This document shows, one piece after another, positions 40,095 through 52,100 of a stretch of DNA of 64,000 nt (the first letter of the stretch is position 1; every line of letters starts with the position of its first letter). This DNA comes from the human T2T-CHM13v2.0 reference genome, Homo sapiens. The position numbers and the translations under genes are program-made. Under the pieces are notes generated by a model. It was given only the letters and a program-made list of their open reading frames with translations. It made no database searches and was not told the DNA's origin. The stretch lies in NCBI RefSeq assembly GCF_009914755.1, contig NC_060948.1; one strand, 5' to 3'.

Positions 40095-42360
40095 CCTGTA
40101 AGTGGACCCTGCTTAAAAATATGCCGTTATTGCACTGTAGCTTTTTTTTTTTCGAGTTTCACACCCTTTTGGTTGTCTGTCTGTGTGGCTCTTCTTGGGA
40201 TGTGGGGATCCTTGTTCATCATTTTTTCTGCGGATTATGAATCTGCAGTGAATTGGAAGGCTGACTGAACATGCCAGGGTCCAAATCACCTCCTCTTGCA
40301 AAAAAAAAAAAAAAAGCCACTCTTCTAGAAGAAAAAGAGCACACCAAACTCAAGAACAGACATCTCCCAATGTTTCATTGTCCTGTGGCCAACCAGGGAG
40401 AGACACTAGCAGTCTTGTCCACAGGGCCCCTTGAATTTACCTCAAATTAGGTTTCCAGTTGGGCAGGAGCTTCATATCATGAGGGGGCACACCTCCATCA
40501 TCTTCGGGTTTTATTCTGGGAAAGAGAGGGTGAGCAACATTGAGGTCAGATAGGAGTCAGGATACAATCTGATGAGGGGTGTATCGGTTCCCGCACTCTC
40601 ACCTGCAAAAAAGTTGACAGATGTCAGAGAAGTTGTTTGAAACCAAAGGATCTGCAGGATGACTCCGGCCTGCCTAGACACTGTCAGGTTGATTTTTTTT
40701 TTGGAAACTAAACACACTGTGATTACTAGGTACAGCCTGCCTATGTCCTCCAGGGTTGCTCTCCCCAAATGGGAGTTTGTGCAGAACCACGCCGCCTCAG
40801 ATGTTTCTGGGCACTGTGTTTCTGTTGGTGATTTGCAAGTGTGGGATGTTTGTGTGTGTGTGTGGCTTTGCGGGTTTTTTTTCTGTGTGTGTTTGTCTGT
40901 GTGCCTGTAAGTGGAGCCTGCTTAAAGAATGTGGCTAATGCACTGCAGAGCCTCTTCTTCTTTTTTTTTTTCTTTTTTTTTTGAGTGTCCCAACGATTCT
41001 GTGGCCTGTATGTGTGGCTGTGCTTGGGCTGTGGGGCTAGTGTTATTTATTTTTCTGTGGATCATGAATCTTCAGCAAACTGGTAGGCTGGCTGAGACTG
41101 CCAAGGTCCAAATCACCTCCCATAGAAAAAAAAATCCACTCTTCTAGAAAGAAGAGGAGCATATCACACCCAAGAACAGAGATCTCCCAGTGTTTCCTTG
41201 TCTGGCAGCAAAAGCACAGCAAGACACTAGCAGTCCTGTCCCCAAGGCTCCTTGAATTTACCTCAAATTCTGTGCCCAGCCAAACAGGTGCTTCAAGTTG
41301 TGAGGTGCCACTCCTCCATCGTCTTGTGATTTGATTGTGGGACAGAGGGTGTGAGCAGCAATAAGGCCAGATAGGGGTGAGAATGCAATCTGGTGAGGGG
41401 TAAATTGGGTTCTGCACCTTCACCTGAAGAAAAGGTGAAGACAAATGACATAGAAGGGAAACTGCATCACCAAATTCCCTTCATTGCACAAGTAGTCCAC
41501 ACCATGGCCCATTGTTCAGGAGGGAGTGTTTCAACGTGCAGGGAATATTTGGGGTGCAAACGGGTGCTGTCATGGAAAACTCCAGATTTGAGGGCTTTCA
41601 TACCTGGAGCCTAATGGGAGTGAGGTGGATTGATGCTGGATGGGATGTGGCCTCTACACTTGCTGAATCTTTTACTGACTTCTATGTTCCTCATCGGCCT
41701 AGGGTTTCCTGGGTCTTGCTCAATCTTTTCCACACTAAATGTTTTGGGAAGTGTGGTTCACGCATGATGACCCTCAAGGATATACATGCTGTGAGTGTTT
41801 CCTTCTAAACACTGTCACGTTTTAATGACTGGGTAACAGTGATACCTTTAAAACCATGAATTCCTGTTACACCTGCCAACAATGAAACTCATTTTCTCCC
41901 ACTTCTATTGAAGAGCTGCATAATTTCTCCAGGATGGAAGCAGGGAGCAGTGGCTGTCTTTTGCTTGGTACTAGGGTCTGTTTCATTTCATCTGCACATT
42001 CCTTATCATTGTTGAAGGGGGTCTTTAATTGGGCTGTTGCTGGTTGAAACTGCCTCTTGCCACAAAAACTTTTCACTACCAGGGATCTCAGAGAGCAAAA
42101 GGGACTTCAGGTAGGCTGGCTGCACACCAGGTTGTGGGTGATTGTCACATTCTGGGGGCTGAGGTTGTTTTCAATCTGCAGGAAGTTTTGGGTTTCCTGA
42201 TAGGAATCACTGAAGATTGCTTGGACACCAGCACAAGACAGCTCGTTCTCTCAGGCAAGCTTTGATTTTTCTTTGCTCTCATGGGAAATCCACAGTGCCC
42301 CTCAACAACACTACTGGTCACAGTTTTCAGGCTTGCCATAGCCAAAGACAGTCCTGAGAC

Positions 42361-43470
42361 ACCGTCTCAACCTCATCTGCACCTGTGAGAGGCCAATCAG
42401 AGGTGTGAGAACACTGCTCCACCGTGGACTTGCCTTTGTCGTGGTCCCTGTCTTTTGCAGAGAGCCCCTGTGAGGCCCAGGAAGAAGGGAGGCAGTGAGG
42501 TCAAGAGCCTGGCAATCTTTCATTGACACCCTCGTCTGGGGTCTCAGGTATGATGCTATCACCCAAAGAACCCTCGAAAACACACCACACACTATTCCAA
42601 TCAGCAATAAGTAAGAATCACCAGATAATATTCCAATCTGCAATCCGTAAGAAACATGCGATTCTTACACACAGCTTCTTTTGGAAATGGAGTCGGAAAA
42701 GCAGTTGCCAGCGACCAAAAGGACAGTCTCGAAACACGTCCTTCTCCAGTGGGACCCAACTACAAATACAGCTCCAAGGGGCCCTGAGGTCGAGACTTTT
42801 AGGGTCCCGCAGTTGGTTCTCGCAGGCAGGCTTTTACCCGATACCAAACCGGCTCTGAGTATACCGCCTTCCTTTGCTTAGGCAGGCTGACAGCTCTGAC
42901 AGACTGGAGCACGAGCCTGCCTCACGAATGCGCATGCACTAGTCTCAGGGAACCAGTCTTGATTATCAGCACTGCCTAGACTCGTAAAGATTGTCTCTTT
43001 TGCCTAGCGACAATTTCCTGCGGCTTGGCAGAGAAAGAGACCTCTGTGGAGGTGCGTCAGTGGTGGACTCTCACCTGTTGGATGCAGGGGATAGTCCCAT
43101 CATCCTAGGTGAGCGCAGACGTGAGCCAGCCTGAAGAAACGGCAGCCATAGCCTCAGGAATAAACCGCAATATCCCTAATGATCCAAAAAGATCTGCAGG
43201 ATTTCTCAGGCCTGCCTACACATCGTAGCGGTGAGTGTTTATGAAACTTGCACCTCTGTTATTTTCAGGTACAACCCGAGTGTGTTCTCCATGGTTGCTC
43301 TCTCCAAGTTGGGGATTCCTGCAGAACTAGGCAGCCTCAGGAGCTGCTGGGCTGTGTGTTTCTGTGGCGATGTTGTGAGTGTTGAATGTCTGCGTGTGTG
43401 TGGCATTGTGTGTTTGTGTGTGTGTGCTTGTAAGTGGAGTCTGCTTAAAGGAATATGGCTAACTCGATTC
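42361..43470. promoter_or_regulatory. CpG-retaining monomer with NRF1-like motif (candidate promoter)
   Basis: About 34 CpG by hand count in ~1.1 kb, versus about 6 in the homologous segment of the next unit (45121-46230). TGCGCATGCACT at 42929-42940. Function is inferred. Confidence 0.4.
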
Positions 43471-43474
43471 AGAG

Positions 43475-43749
43475 CTTCTTCTTTCTCTTCTTCCTCTTCT
43501 TCTTCTTCCTCTTCTTCTTCCTCTTCCTCTTCTTCCTCCTCCTCCTCTTCTTCTTCTTCCTCTTCTTCTTCCTCTTTCTATTCTTCTTCCTCCTCCTCTT
43601 CTTCTTCTTCTTTCTTCTTTCTTCTTCTGCTTCTTCTGCTTCTGCTTCTGCTCTTCTTCTTCTTCTTCTTCTTCTTCTTCTTCTTCTTCCTCTTTTCTTC
43701 TTCTTCTTCTCCTTCTCCTTCTCCTTCTCTTTCTTCTTCTTCTTCTTTT
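43475..43749 (+). repeat. (CTT/CCT)n polypyrimidine microsatellite expansion
   Basis: About 275 bp of cttctt/cctctt/cttctg/ccttct triplet-phase repeats in the monomer T-rich slot. Confidence 0.95.
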
Positions 43750-46140
43750 GAGTCTGAAAACCTTTTGGTGGCCTGTCTGTGTGGCTCTGCTTGGGATGTG
43801 GGACTCCATTTTTTTTGGTTTGTTTGTTTGTTTGTTTTTTCTATGGATCATAAATCTACAGTGAATTGGAATGCCAGCTGAGGCCTGTCAGTGTCTAAAT
43901 CACTTTCCCTCGCAAAAACAGCCACTGTTTTAGAAAGGAGAACACCACATCAATAAAGAGGCATTCCCTAGTGTTTTATTGTCTTGCAGACAACCCAAAG
44001 AGAGACACTAGCAGTCTTGTCCTCAGGGCCCCTTGAATTTCCTCAAATTCTGTTCCCAGCTGAACAGGTGCTTCATTGTGTGAGGGGGCACTCCTCCGTC
44101 ATCTTGGGATTTCATCCTGGGATAGAGAGTGTGAGAAGAAATAAGGTGAGATATGGACGGGGGTACAATCTGATGAGGCGTGGATAGGGTCCACTTCACC
44201 TGTAAAATACATGAAGATAGATGACATAGAAGGTGCTTCCAAATCCATTCCCACATTTACTTAATTGAACAAGCCATCCCACATCATGGCTCAGTGTTCA
44301 GGCAGGAATACTCCAATGTCCAATTATCATTTGGAGTGCAAACTTGTGGCATCCTATCAAACTCCCGATTTGAGCACTTCCATACCTGTAACTAAATGAA
44401 GTGGAATGCATTGATGATCGGTGGGATGTGGCCTACACACTTGCCTCTCCTTTTCATGACTTTCGTGTTCCTCATTGGCCTAGGGTTTCCTAAGTGGCTA
44501 CGTGACACCCACGCTGAAAGTTTTCCAGTTAACAAAGAAGTCCCCTCAAAGGCATTCATGATGTGAGTGTTTCTCTATAAACACTGTCACGTTTTAATGA
44601 CTGGGCAGCTTTGATACATTTAATACCATAAATTCCCATTACAGCCACAACAAAGAAACTTTTGTTCTTCCACTTCTATTAAAGGGCTGCATGATTCCTG
44701 TAAGATAAGAAGCAGTCAGACATGTCTATCTTTTTTCTGGTAATCTAGCCTCTGTTTCATTTCATCTGTATGGCCTTCTCATATTGCAGGGGCTCTCTCA
44801 TTGAGCTGTTGCTTGATGGTACTGCCTCTCGTCATAGATTATTTAGCTGCCAGGGATTTCAGAAAGCAAAAGGGACTTTGGGTAGGCTAGCTGGGCTTCA
44901 TGTTGTGGGTCATCGTCTCATTGTTAGGGGTGAGATTGTTTGCACTTTACAGGAGACTATTGGGTCCTCTGACAGGAATCATTGAACACTGCTTGGACTC
45001 CAGCACAAGGCAGATCCTTCTCTCAGGTGAGCCTTTATTTTTGCTTGCTTTTACGGGGAATCAACAGTGCCCTTCAACAGCATTACTGGAAAACTTTTTC
45101 AGGCTTGCCATCTGCACAGACAGCCTCTGAGACACTCTCAACCTCATTTGCTCATGTGAGAAGCCAGTCCTAGGTGTGAGAACAGTGCTCCCCCTTGACT
45201 TGCCTTGCCGTTGTTTCTCTCTTTCCCCAAGAACCCCTGCAAGGCCCAACATGAAGCGAGGTAGTGAAGTCAAAAGTCCAGCTATCTTTGGCTGGAACCT
45301 GCCTCTTGGGCCTCAGGTATAATTCTATCACCCAAAGAACCCTCAACAACACACCAGACTGTATGCCAATCCCCATGGGACCAGATACTTGCACACAATA
45401 TCTTCAGGGAATGGAGTCAGAAGAGCAGTTTCCAGAGACCACCTCACATTCTCAAAATGCTTTTCCTACAGAGAAACCTGACCACAAAGAAGGCCTGAAG
45501 GGGCCCTGTGGTCCAGACTTTTAGAGTCCTGCTGTGGGATTTCTCAGGCAGCCTTTTTCCAGATACCAGGCTGGCTCTGCCTGTACTCTTTTCCTCTGCT
45601 TAGGAAAGCCAACAGCTGTGACAGACTGGCTCCTGTGCCTGCCTCAAGGATGTGCATGTTCTAGTCTCAGGTCATCAGGCCTGATTATAAGCTTTGCCTA
45701 GAGTCACTATAAATGTCACTGCTGCCTAGCGACAAGTTCTTATGGCTTGGCATAGAAGGAAGTCTCCGTGGAGGTGTGTAGGTGGTGCAATCTCACTGTC
45801 TTCTCTGTGAGATCCAAGGGATCATCCCATGATCCTCAGAGAGGGCAGACATGAGCCAGCCTGAAGAAAGTTCAAGCATAGTCCCAGGAATAAACTGCAA
45901 AATCCATAAGGATTCAACACTTTCTGCAGGATTCCTCAGACTTGTCTAGATGTTGTATGGGTGAGACTTTTTGAAACTTGCCCCACTTTGATTTCTAGGT
46001 AGAGCCCGCCTGTTTTCCCCATCTGTTTTCCCTGGTGTTGCACTCTTTCAGGTTCTTCCTGCAGAGCCATGCAGCCTCAAGAGCTGCCAGGCTGTGTGTT
46101 TCTTTGAGAGTGTTGCAAGTTTTGGATGTCTGTGTGTGGC

Positions 46141-46142
<2 letters not shown>

Positions 46143-46178
<36 letters not shown>
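46143..46178 (+). repeat. (TG)18 microsatellite
   Basis: Perfect TG run in the monomer TG slot. Confidence 0.9.
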
Positions 46179-46179
<1 letters not shown>

Positions 46180-49100
46180 CTGCAAGTGGAGTCTGCTTAA
46201 AAATATGTAACTAACGCATTGCAGAGTTTCTTTTTTTGGTCTCACAACTTTCTGGTGGCCGGTGTGGCTCTGCTTGGGCTGTGGGGATCCGTGTTCATTA
46301 TTTTTCTGTGAATCATGAACATTTAGTCAATTGGGAGGCAGGCTCAGACATACTAAGGTCCAAATCACCTACTTTTGCCAAAAAAAAACCCACTCTTCTG
46401 GAAGAAGGGAAACATATCACACCCAGGAACAGCCATCTCTCAGTATTTTATACTCCTGCCACCAACCCAAAGAGAGACACTACCAGTCCTGTCTGCAAGG
46501 CCCCTTGAATTTATCTCGATTTTTTTTTGCCCACCGAGGAGGTGCTTCACTTCGTGAGTGGACACTTTTCCATTGTCTTTGGATTTCATTTTGGGATAGA
46601 GAGTGTGAGCAGAAATAAGGTCAAGTAGCAATGAGGATAAAATCTGGTGAGGGGTGGATGGTGTCCAGAATATTCACCTGCAAAAAATGTGAAGAAGATG
46701 ACTCTGAAGGTGATTCCAACAGCATCCCCACATTTCCTTTATTGCACAAGCTGTCCACATCATTGCCTGCTGTTCAGGTAGAAATACTCCAAAGTGCAGG
46801 GAACACATGAAGTGCAAACTGGAGACATCCTGGCTAACTTACAATTTGAGGGGTTTCATACTCAGAGACAAATGAGAGTGAGATTGATTGATACATTATG
46901 AAATGTGGTCTGCACACTTACCTCTTTTTTTTCCTAACTTCCAACTTATTTATTTATTTTTTTCGGCCTCAGGTTTACTGTTTCTGACTCAACCTTTTCC
47001 ATGCTAAATATTTATGAGTTCAAGAAGGTGACCCTCAAGAAAATCCACTGCCTGTGTGATTCCTTCTAAATACTTTATCATTTTAATGACTGGGCAGCTG
47101 TGATAATTTCAAAACTGTAAATTCCATTACAGTTGCCAACAAGCCAACTCTTCTTCTCCAGCTTTCATGGCAGTCCTGCATGTTTCCTGTAGGATGAGAA
47201 TCAGGCAGCTGTGTCTGTCATTTGCCTAGTAATCTAGGTTCTATTTCATTGCATCTGCGTATTCTTTCTCATTGTGGAGGGTATCTTTCATTAAGCTGTT
47301 GCTGGATGAGGCTGCCTCTTGCCATAGTTCTGTAGGCTACCAGGGATTTCAGGAAGCAAAAGGGACTTTGGGCAGGCTGGCTGCACTCCAGTTTGTGGGT
47401 CATATTCTCATTGTGGTTCTGAGGTTGTTTGCAGTTTCCAGGAGTCTTTAGGGTCCTCTGACAGGAAACTTTGAACGTTGCTTCGACTCCAACACAAGTC
47501 TTCTGTTTCTCTTATGTGAGCCTTGATTTTTTTTTTTTTTGCTTCCGTGGGGCATCCACAATGTCCCTCAATAGCAATACTGGACAGGCTTTTCAGGTGT
47601 GCCATCACCACAGATGGCTTCTGAGTCACTGTCTCAACCTCATCTGTGCCCATTGGAGGCCAGTTCGAGGTGTGAGAATAATGCTGCAATTTGGACGTGT
47701 CTTTGTCATGATTCCTCCCTTTCCCAGAAAGCTCATGCAAGGCCTAGGATGAAGGGAGGCAGTGAGGTTAAGGGCCTGGCCATCTTTCACTGGCACTTGC
47801 TTCTGGGGTCTCAGGATGACACTATAACCCAAAGACCCCTGCGCAATTCACCAGACTACATTCTGTTCCCCATGGGACCCGATTCTTGCACAGGGCCTCT
47901 ATAGGGAATACAGTCAGAAAAGCAGTTTCCAGCTACCATTTCACAATCTTGAAACACAACCTCCTCTAGTGGGAACTGACCACGGAGACTGCCTGAAGTG
48001 GCCCTAGGGTCAAGACTTTAAGGTTCCAGCAGTGGGCTATCACAGTCAGCCATTCTCCTGATACCAGGCCAGCTCTGCCTGTACCATTTTTCTCTACTTA
48101 GGCAGGCTGACAGCTCTGATGGATAGGTGCTGGAGCCTGCTCCTGAATGTGTATGTACCAGTCTCAGAACACCAGGCCTGAGCTGTGAGCTCTCACTAGC
48201 ATCACAATGAATGTCACCATTGCCTAGCGACAAGTCTCTGTGGTCTGGCAGAGAAGGAGACTTCCCTGGTGATGCGTCAGCGGTGGACTCTCGCCTGTCT
48301 TCTCTGTGGGATCACGGCATAGTTCCATGATCTTAGTAGAGGGCAGACATGAGCCAGCCTAAAGAAACCTGCACCACTGTGATTTCCAGGTACAGCCTAC
48401 CTGTATACTCAGGGGTTGCTCTCTCCCAGATGGGGCTTCCTACAGAAACAGGCAGCCTCAGAAGCTGCCAAGCTGTGTTTTTCTTTGTGGGTTTTGTGAG
48501 TGTTGGATGTCTGTGTGTGTCTGTGGCTTTTTGCTTTTGCGTGTTTTTGTGTGTGCGTGTGGCTGTAAGTGGAGTTTGCTTAAATAAATGTGATTAATGC
48601 ACTGCAGCACATTTTTTTAAATCTCCCAACCTTTTGGTGGACTGTCTGTGTGGCTCTGCTTGCGCTGTGGTGCTCTGTGTTCTTTATTTTCTGTTGGATC
48701 ATGAATCCGCAGTAAATTGGGAGGGTGGCTGAGACAAGCCTGGTTGAAATTACCTCCCACTGAAAAAAAAACAAACAAAAAAAACAAAAAAACTATTCTT
48801 CTAGAAAGAAGAGGAGCATGCACATCCAATAATAGATGTCTCCCTGTATTTCATTGTCATGCCACCCAGAGTGAGTGCCACCCAGAGTGAGACACTAGCA
48901 GTCCTGTCTGAAGGGCCCCTTGAATTTACCTTGAATTCAGTTTACAGCAGGGCAGGTGCTTCACATCATCATGGGGCACTCCTCCATCATCTTGGGATTT
49001 CATTCTGTGAAAGAGAGTATGAGTATCAACAAGGTCAGACAGGGGTTAGGATACAATCTGGTGAGGGATAAATAGAGTCCCACACCTTCATTTGCAAAAA

Positions 49101-52100
49101 TCATGAAGACAGATTACACAGATGGTGCTTCTAACTGCAACCCAGCTTTCTCTTAATTGCACAAGCAGTCCACAGCATGGCCTGGTGTTCACATGGGAGT
49201 ACTATAGCATGGAGGGGCTATTTGAAGTGCAATCTGTGGCCCTCCTGGCAAATTCCCGATTTGAGGACTTTCATACCTCAAGCAAAATGGGTGTGAGATG
49301 TATTGATGCTGGGGGGAATGTGCCCTCCACACTTGCCTCTTCTTTTTCTGAATTCCATCTTCCTCATCGGCCGATGGATTCCTGGGTCAGTCTCAACGTC
49401 TTCCACTCTAAAGTTTACACAGTTCATGGAGAACGATCCTCATGGGATTCCACTCTGCGTGTGTGTGTTTCCTTGTAGACACTGTCATGTTTTAATGACT
49501 GGGCAGCTATGATATCTTTAAAAACATAAATTCCCATTACAGCCGCCAACAAGGAGACTTATTCTTCCACTTCTGTCAGAGGACTGCATGATTCCTGTAA
49601 AATGACAAGCAGACAGCATTGCCTGGCTTGGGATCAAAGCTCTGACTCATTTCATCTGCCTGTCACTTCTAATTGTGGAGAGGGTCTTCCATTGGGCTCT
49701 TGCCTAATGGGACTGCCTCTCATTAAACATCTTTGGCTGCCATGGAATTCAGGGAGCAAATGGGATTTCAGGTAGGCTGGCTGTGTTCCAGGTTGTGGTT
49801 GTTGTCTGTGTGGGGGCTGTGGGTGTGTGCACTTTGCAGGAGGCTTTTGGATCCCCTTCCAGGAATCTTGGAATGTTGCTTGGACTCGAGCACAAGACAG
49901 CTTGTTCTCTCTGGTGAGCCTTGATTTTTATTTGCTCTCATGAAAAAGCCACAGTGCACCTCAACAGTTCTACTGGACGAAGTTTTCAGGCTTTCAATCA
50001 CCACTAATGACCTCTTGAGACACTGTCTCAACCTCATCTGCATATGTAAAAGGCTAGTTCAAGATGTGAGAACACTGCTCCACCTTGGATTTGCCTTTAT
50101 GATGGTTCCTGTCTTTCCAAGATCTCTTGTGCTAGGGCAAAGATGAAGGGAGACAGTGAGGTCAAGGCTTAGGCATCTTTTGGTGACACCTGCCTCTGGG
50201 ATTTCAGGTATAATTCTATCACCCAATTACCCCTCAACAACTCCCAAGTCTATATTGCAAACCACGTGGGACCCGATACTGGCACACAGCCTCTTTAGGA
50301 AACACAGTCAGAAGAGCAGTTTCCAGCAACCACCTCACCATCCCAAAACGCCTCCTTCCCTAAAGGGACCCGAACATGGAGACATCCTGAAGGACCCTTA
50401 AGATTGACATTTTATAATTTGGGAGTGGATTATCACAGGCAGCCTTTTTCCTGATACCAGACTGGCTCTTCCTGTACCATATTCCGCTTAGGCAAGCTGA
50501 CAGCTCTGACTGCCAGGCGCCTGAGCATGCATCACTAATGCACATATGCTAGTCTCAGAGAGTGTTTCAAGTGTTGGATATCTGCATATGAGTGTGGCAT
50601 TGTGTTTTTGTGAGGGTGTCTTTGTGTGTGTGTGTGTGTTGGCCTGTAAGTGGAGATGGATTACAGAAATGTGGCTAATACACTTCAGCGTTTCTTTTTG
50701 TGTGTCTCCCAGCCATTTGCTGGCCTGTTTGTGTGGTTTTGCTTGTGCTGCAGTGTTCCCTGTTTTTTATTTTTCTGTGGATCATAAATCCACTGTGAAT
50801 TGGGAGGGTTGCCGAGAGCCACTGGTGTCCAAATCATCTACACCTGCAAAAAAAGCCAATCTTCTAAAAAGATGAGAAACACACAACACCAAAAAAAATA
50901 GACATCTCCCAGTGTTTTATTGTCCTGTGACCAACCAAGGGAGAGAGACACTAGCAATCTTGTCCGCAGGGACCCTTGAATTTACATAGAATTCAATTTC
51001 CAGCTGAGCAGGTTCTTCATGTCATGAGGTAGCACTTCTGCAACATCTTGTGATTTCATTCTGGGACATAGAGTATGAGGAGCAGCATGCTCAGATGGGG
51101 TGAAGATACAATCTGGTGAGGAGTGGGTGGGGTCCCACAACTTCACCTTCCAAAAAAAAAATGAAGACAGAGGACACAGAAGGTACTCCCAACTCCATGC
51201 CTGCATTCCCTTAATTGCACAAGCAGTCCACACTGTGGCTCAGTTTTTAGTTGGGAGTACTCCAACGTACAAGGAACAATAGGAGTGCAAGTCAGGGCCA
51301 CTTTGGCAAACTCCCGATTTGAGGGCTTTCATACCTGAAAACAAATGGGAATGGAATTCATTGATTCTTTGTGGGATGTGGCTGGTACACTTCCCTCTTA
51401 TTTTCCTGAGTTCTATGTTTCTCATTGGCGTAGGGTTTCCTGGGTCTGGCTCAATGAGTTCCACACTAAACATTTCCTAGTTCATGGAGAACACCCTCAT
51501 GGGAATATATTACCAGAGTGTTTCCTTCTAAACACTCTCACTTTTTAATACCTGGGCAGCTTTGATATTTTTAAAACTGTTAATTCCCATTAGAGCCACC
51601 AACAAGAAATCTCTTGTTCTCCCATTTCTGTTGGAGAGCTGCATGATTCCTGTTGGATGAGAAGCAGGGAGGTGTGTCTGGCCTTTGTCTGGTAATGTGG
51701 CCTTTGTTTCATTTCATCTTCACGGACATCTCATTATGGAAAATCTCTTTTATTGGACAGTTGCTGGATGGAATTGCCTGTCCTTACAGATTATTTAGTC
51801 TCCAGGGTTTTCAGAGAGCAAAAAGGGAATACAGGCAGGCTGGCTGCACTCCAGGTTGTGGTTTGTTGTCTCCTTATGGGGGCTGAGGGGCTTTGCACTT
51901 TGCAGGAGGTTTTTTAATGTTCTGACAAAAATTATTAAATATTGCTTGGACTCCAGCACAGGGCAGCTCATTGCCTCAGGTGATTTTGATTCTTCTTTGC
52001 TTTCATGTGGAGTCCTCGGTGCCCCTCAACAACACCATGGGACACCATTTTCAGGCTGGCCATTTCCACAGACCGTGTCTGAGACACTGTCTTAACCTCA

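Noticed and set aside
43231-43881. 216-aa ORF (and overlapping 98-aa and 130-aa ORFs) with poly-Ser/Leu/Phe or poly-Glu/Arg
   Set aside because: These are translations of the (CTT)n microsatellite, which has no stop codons; there is no protein-like complexity.
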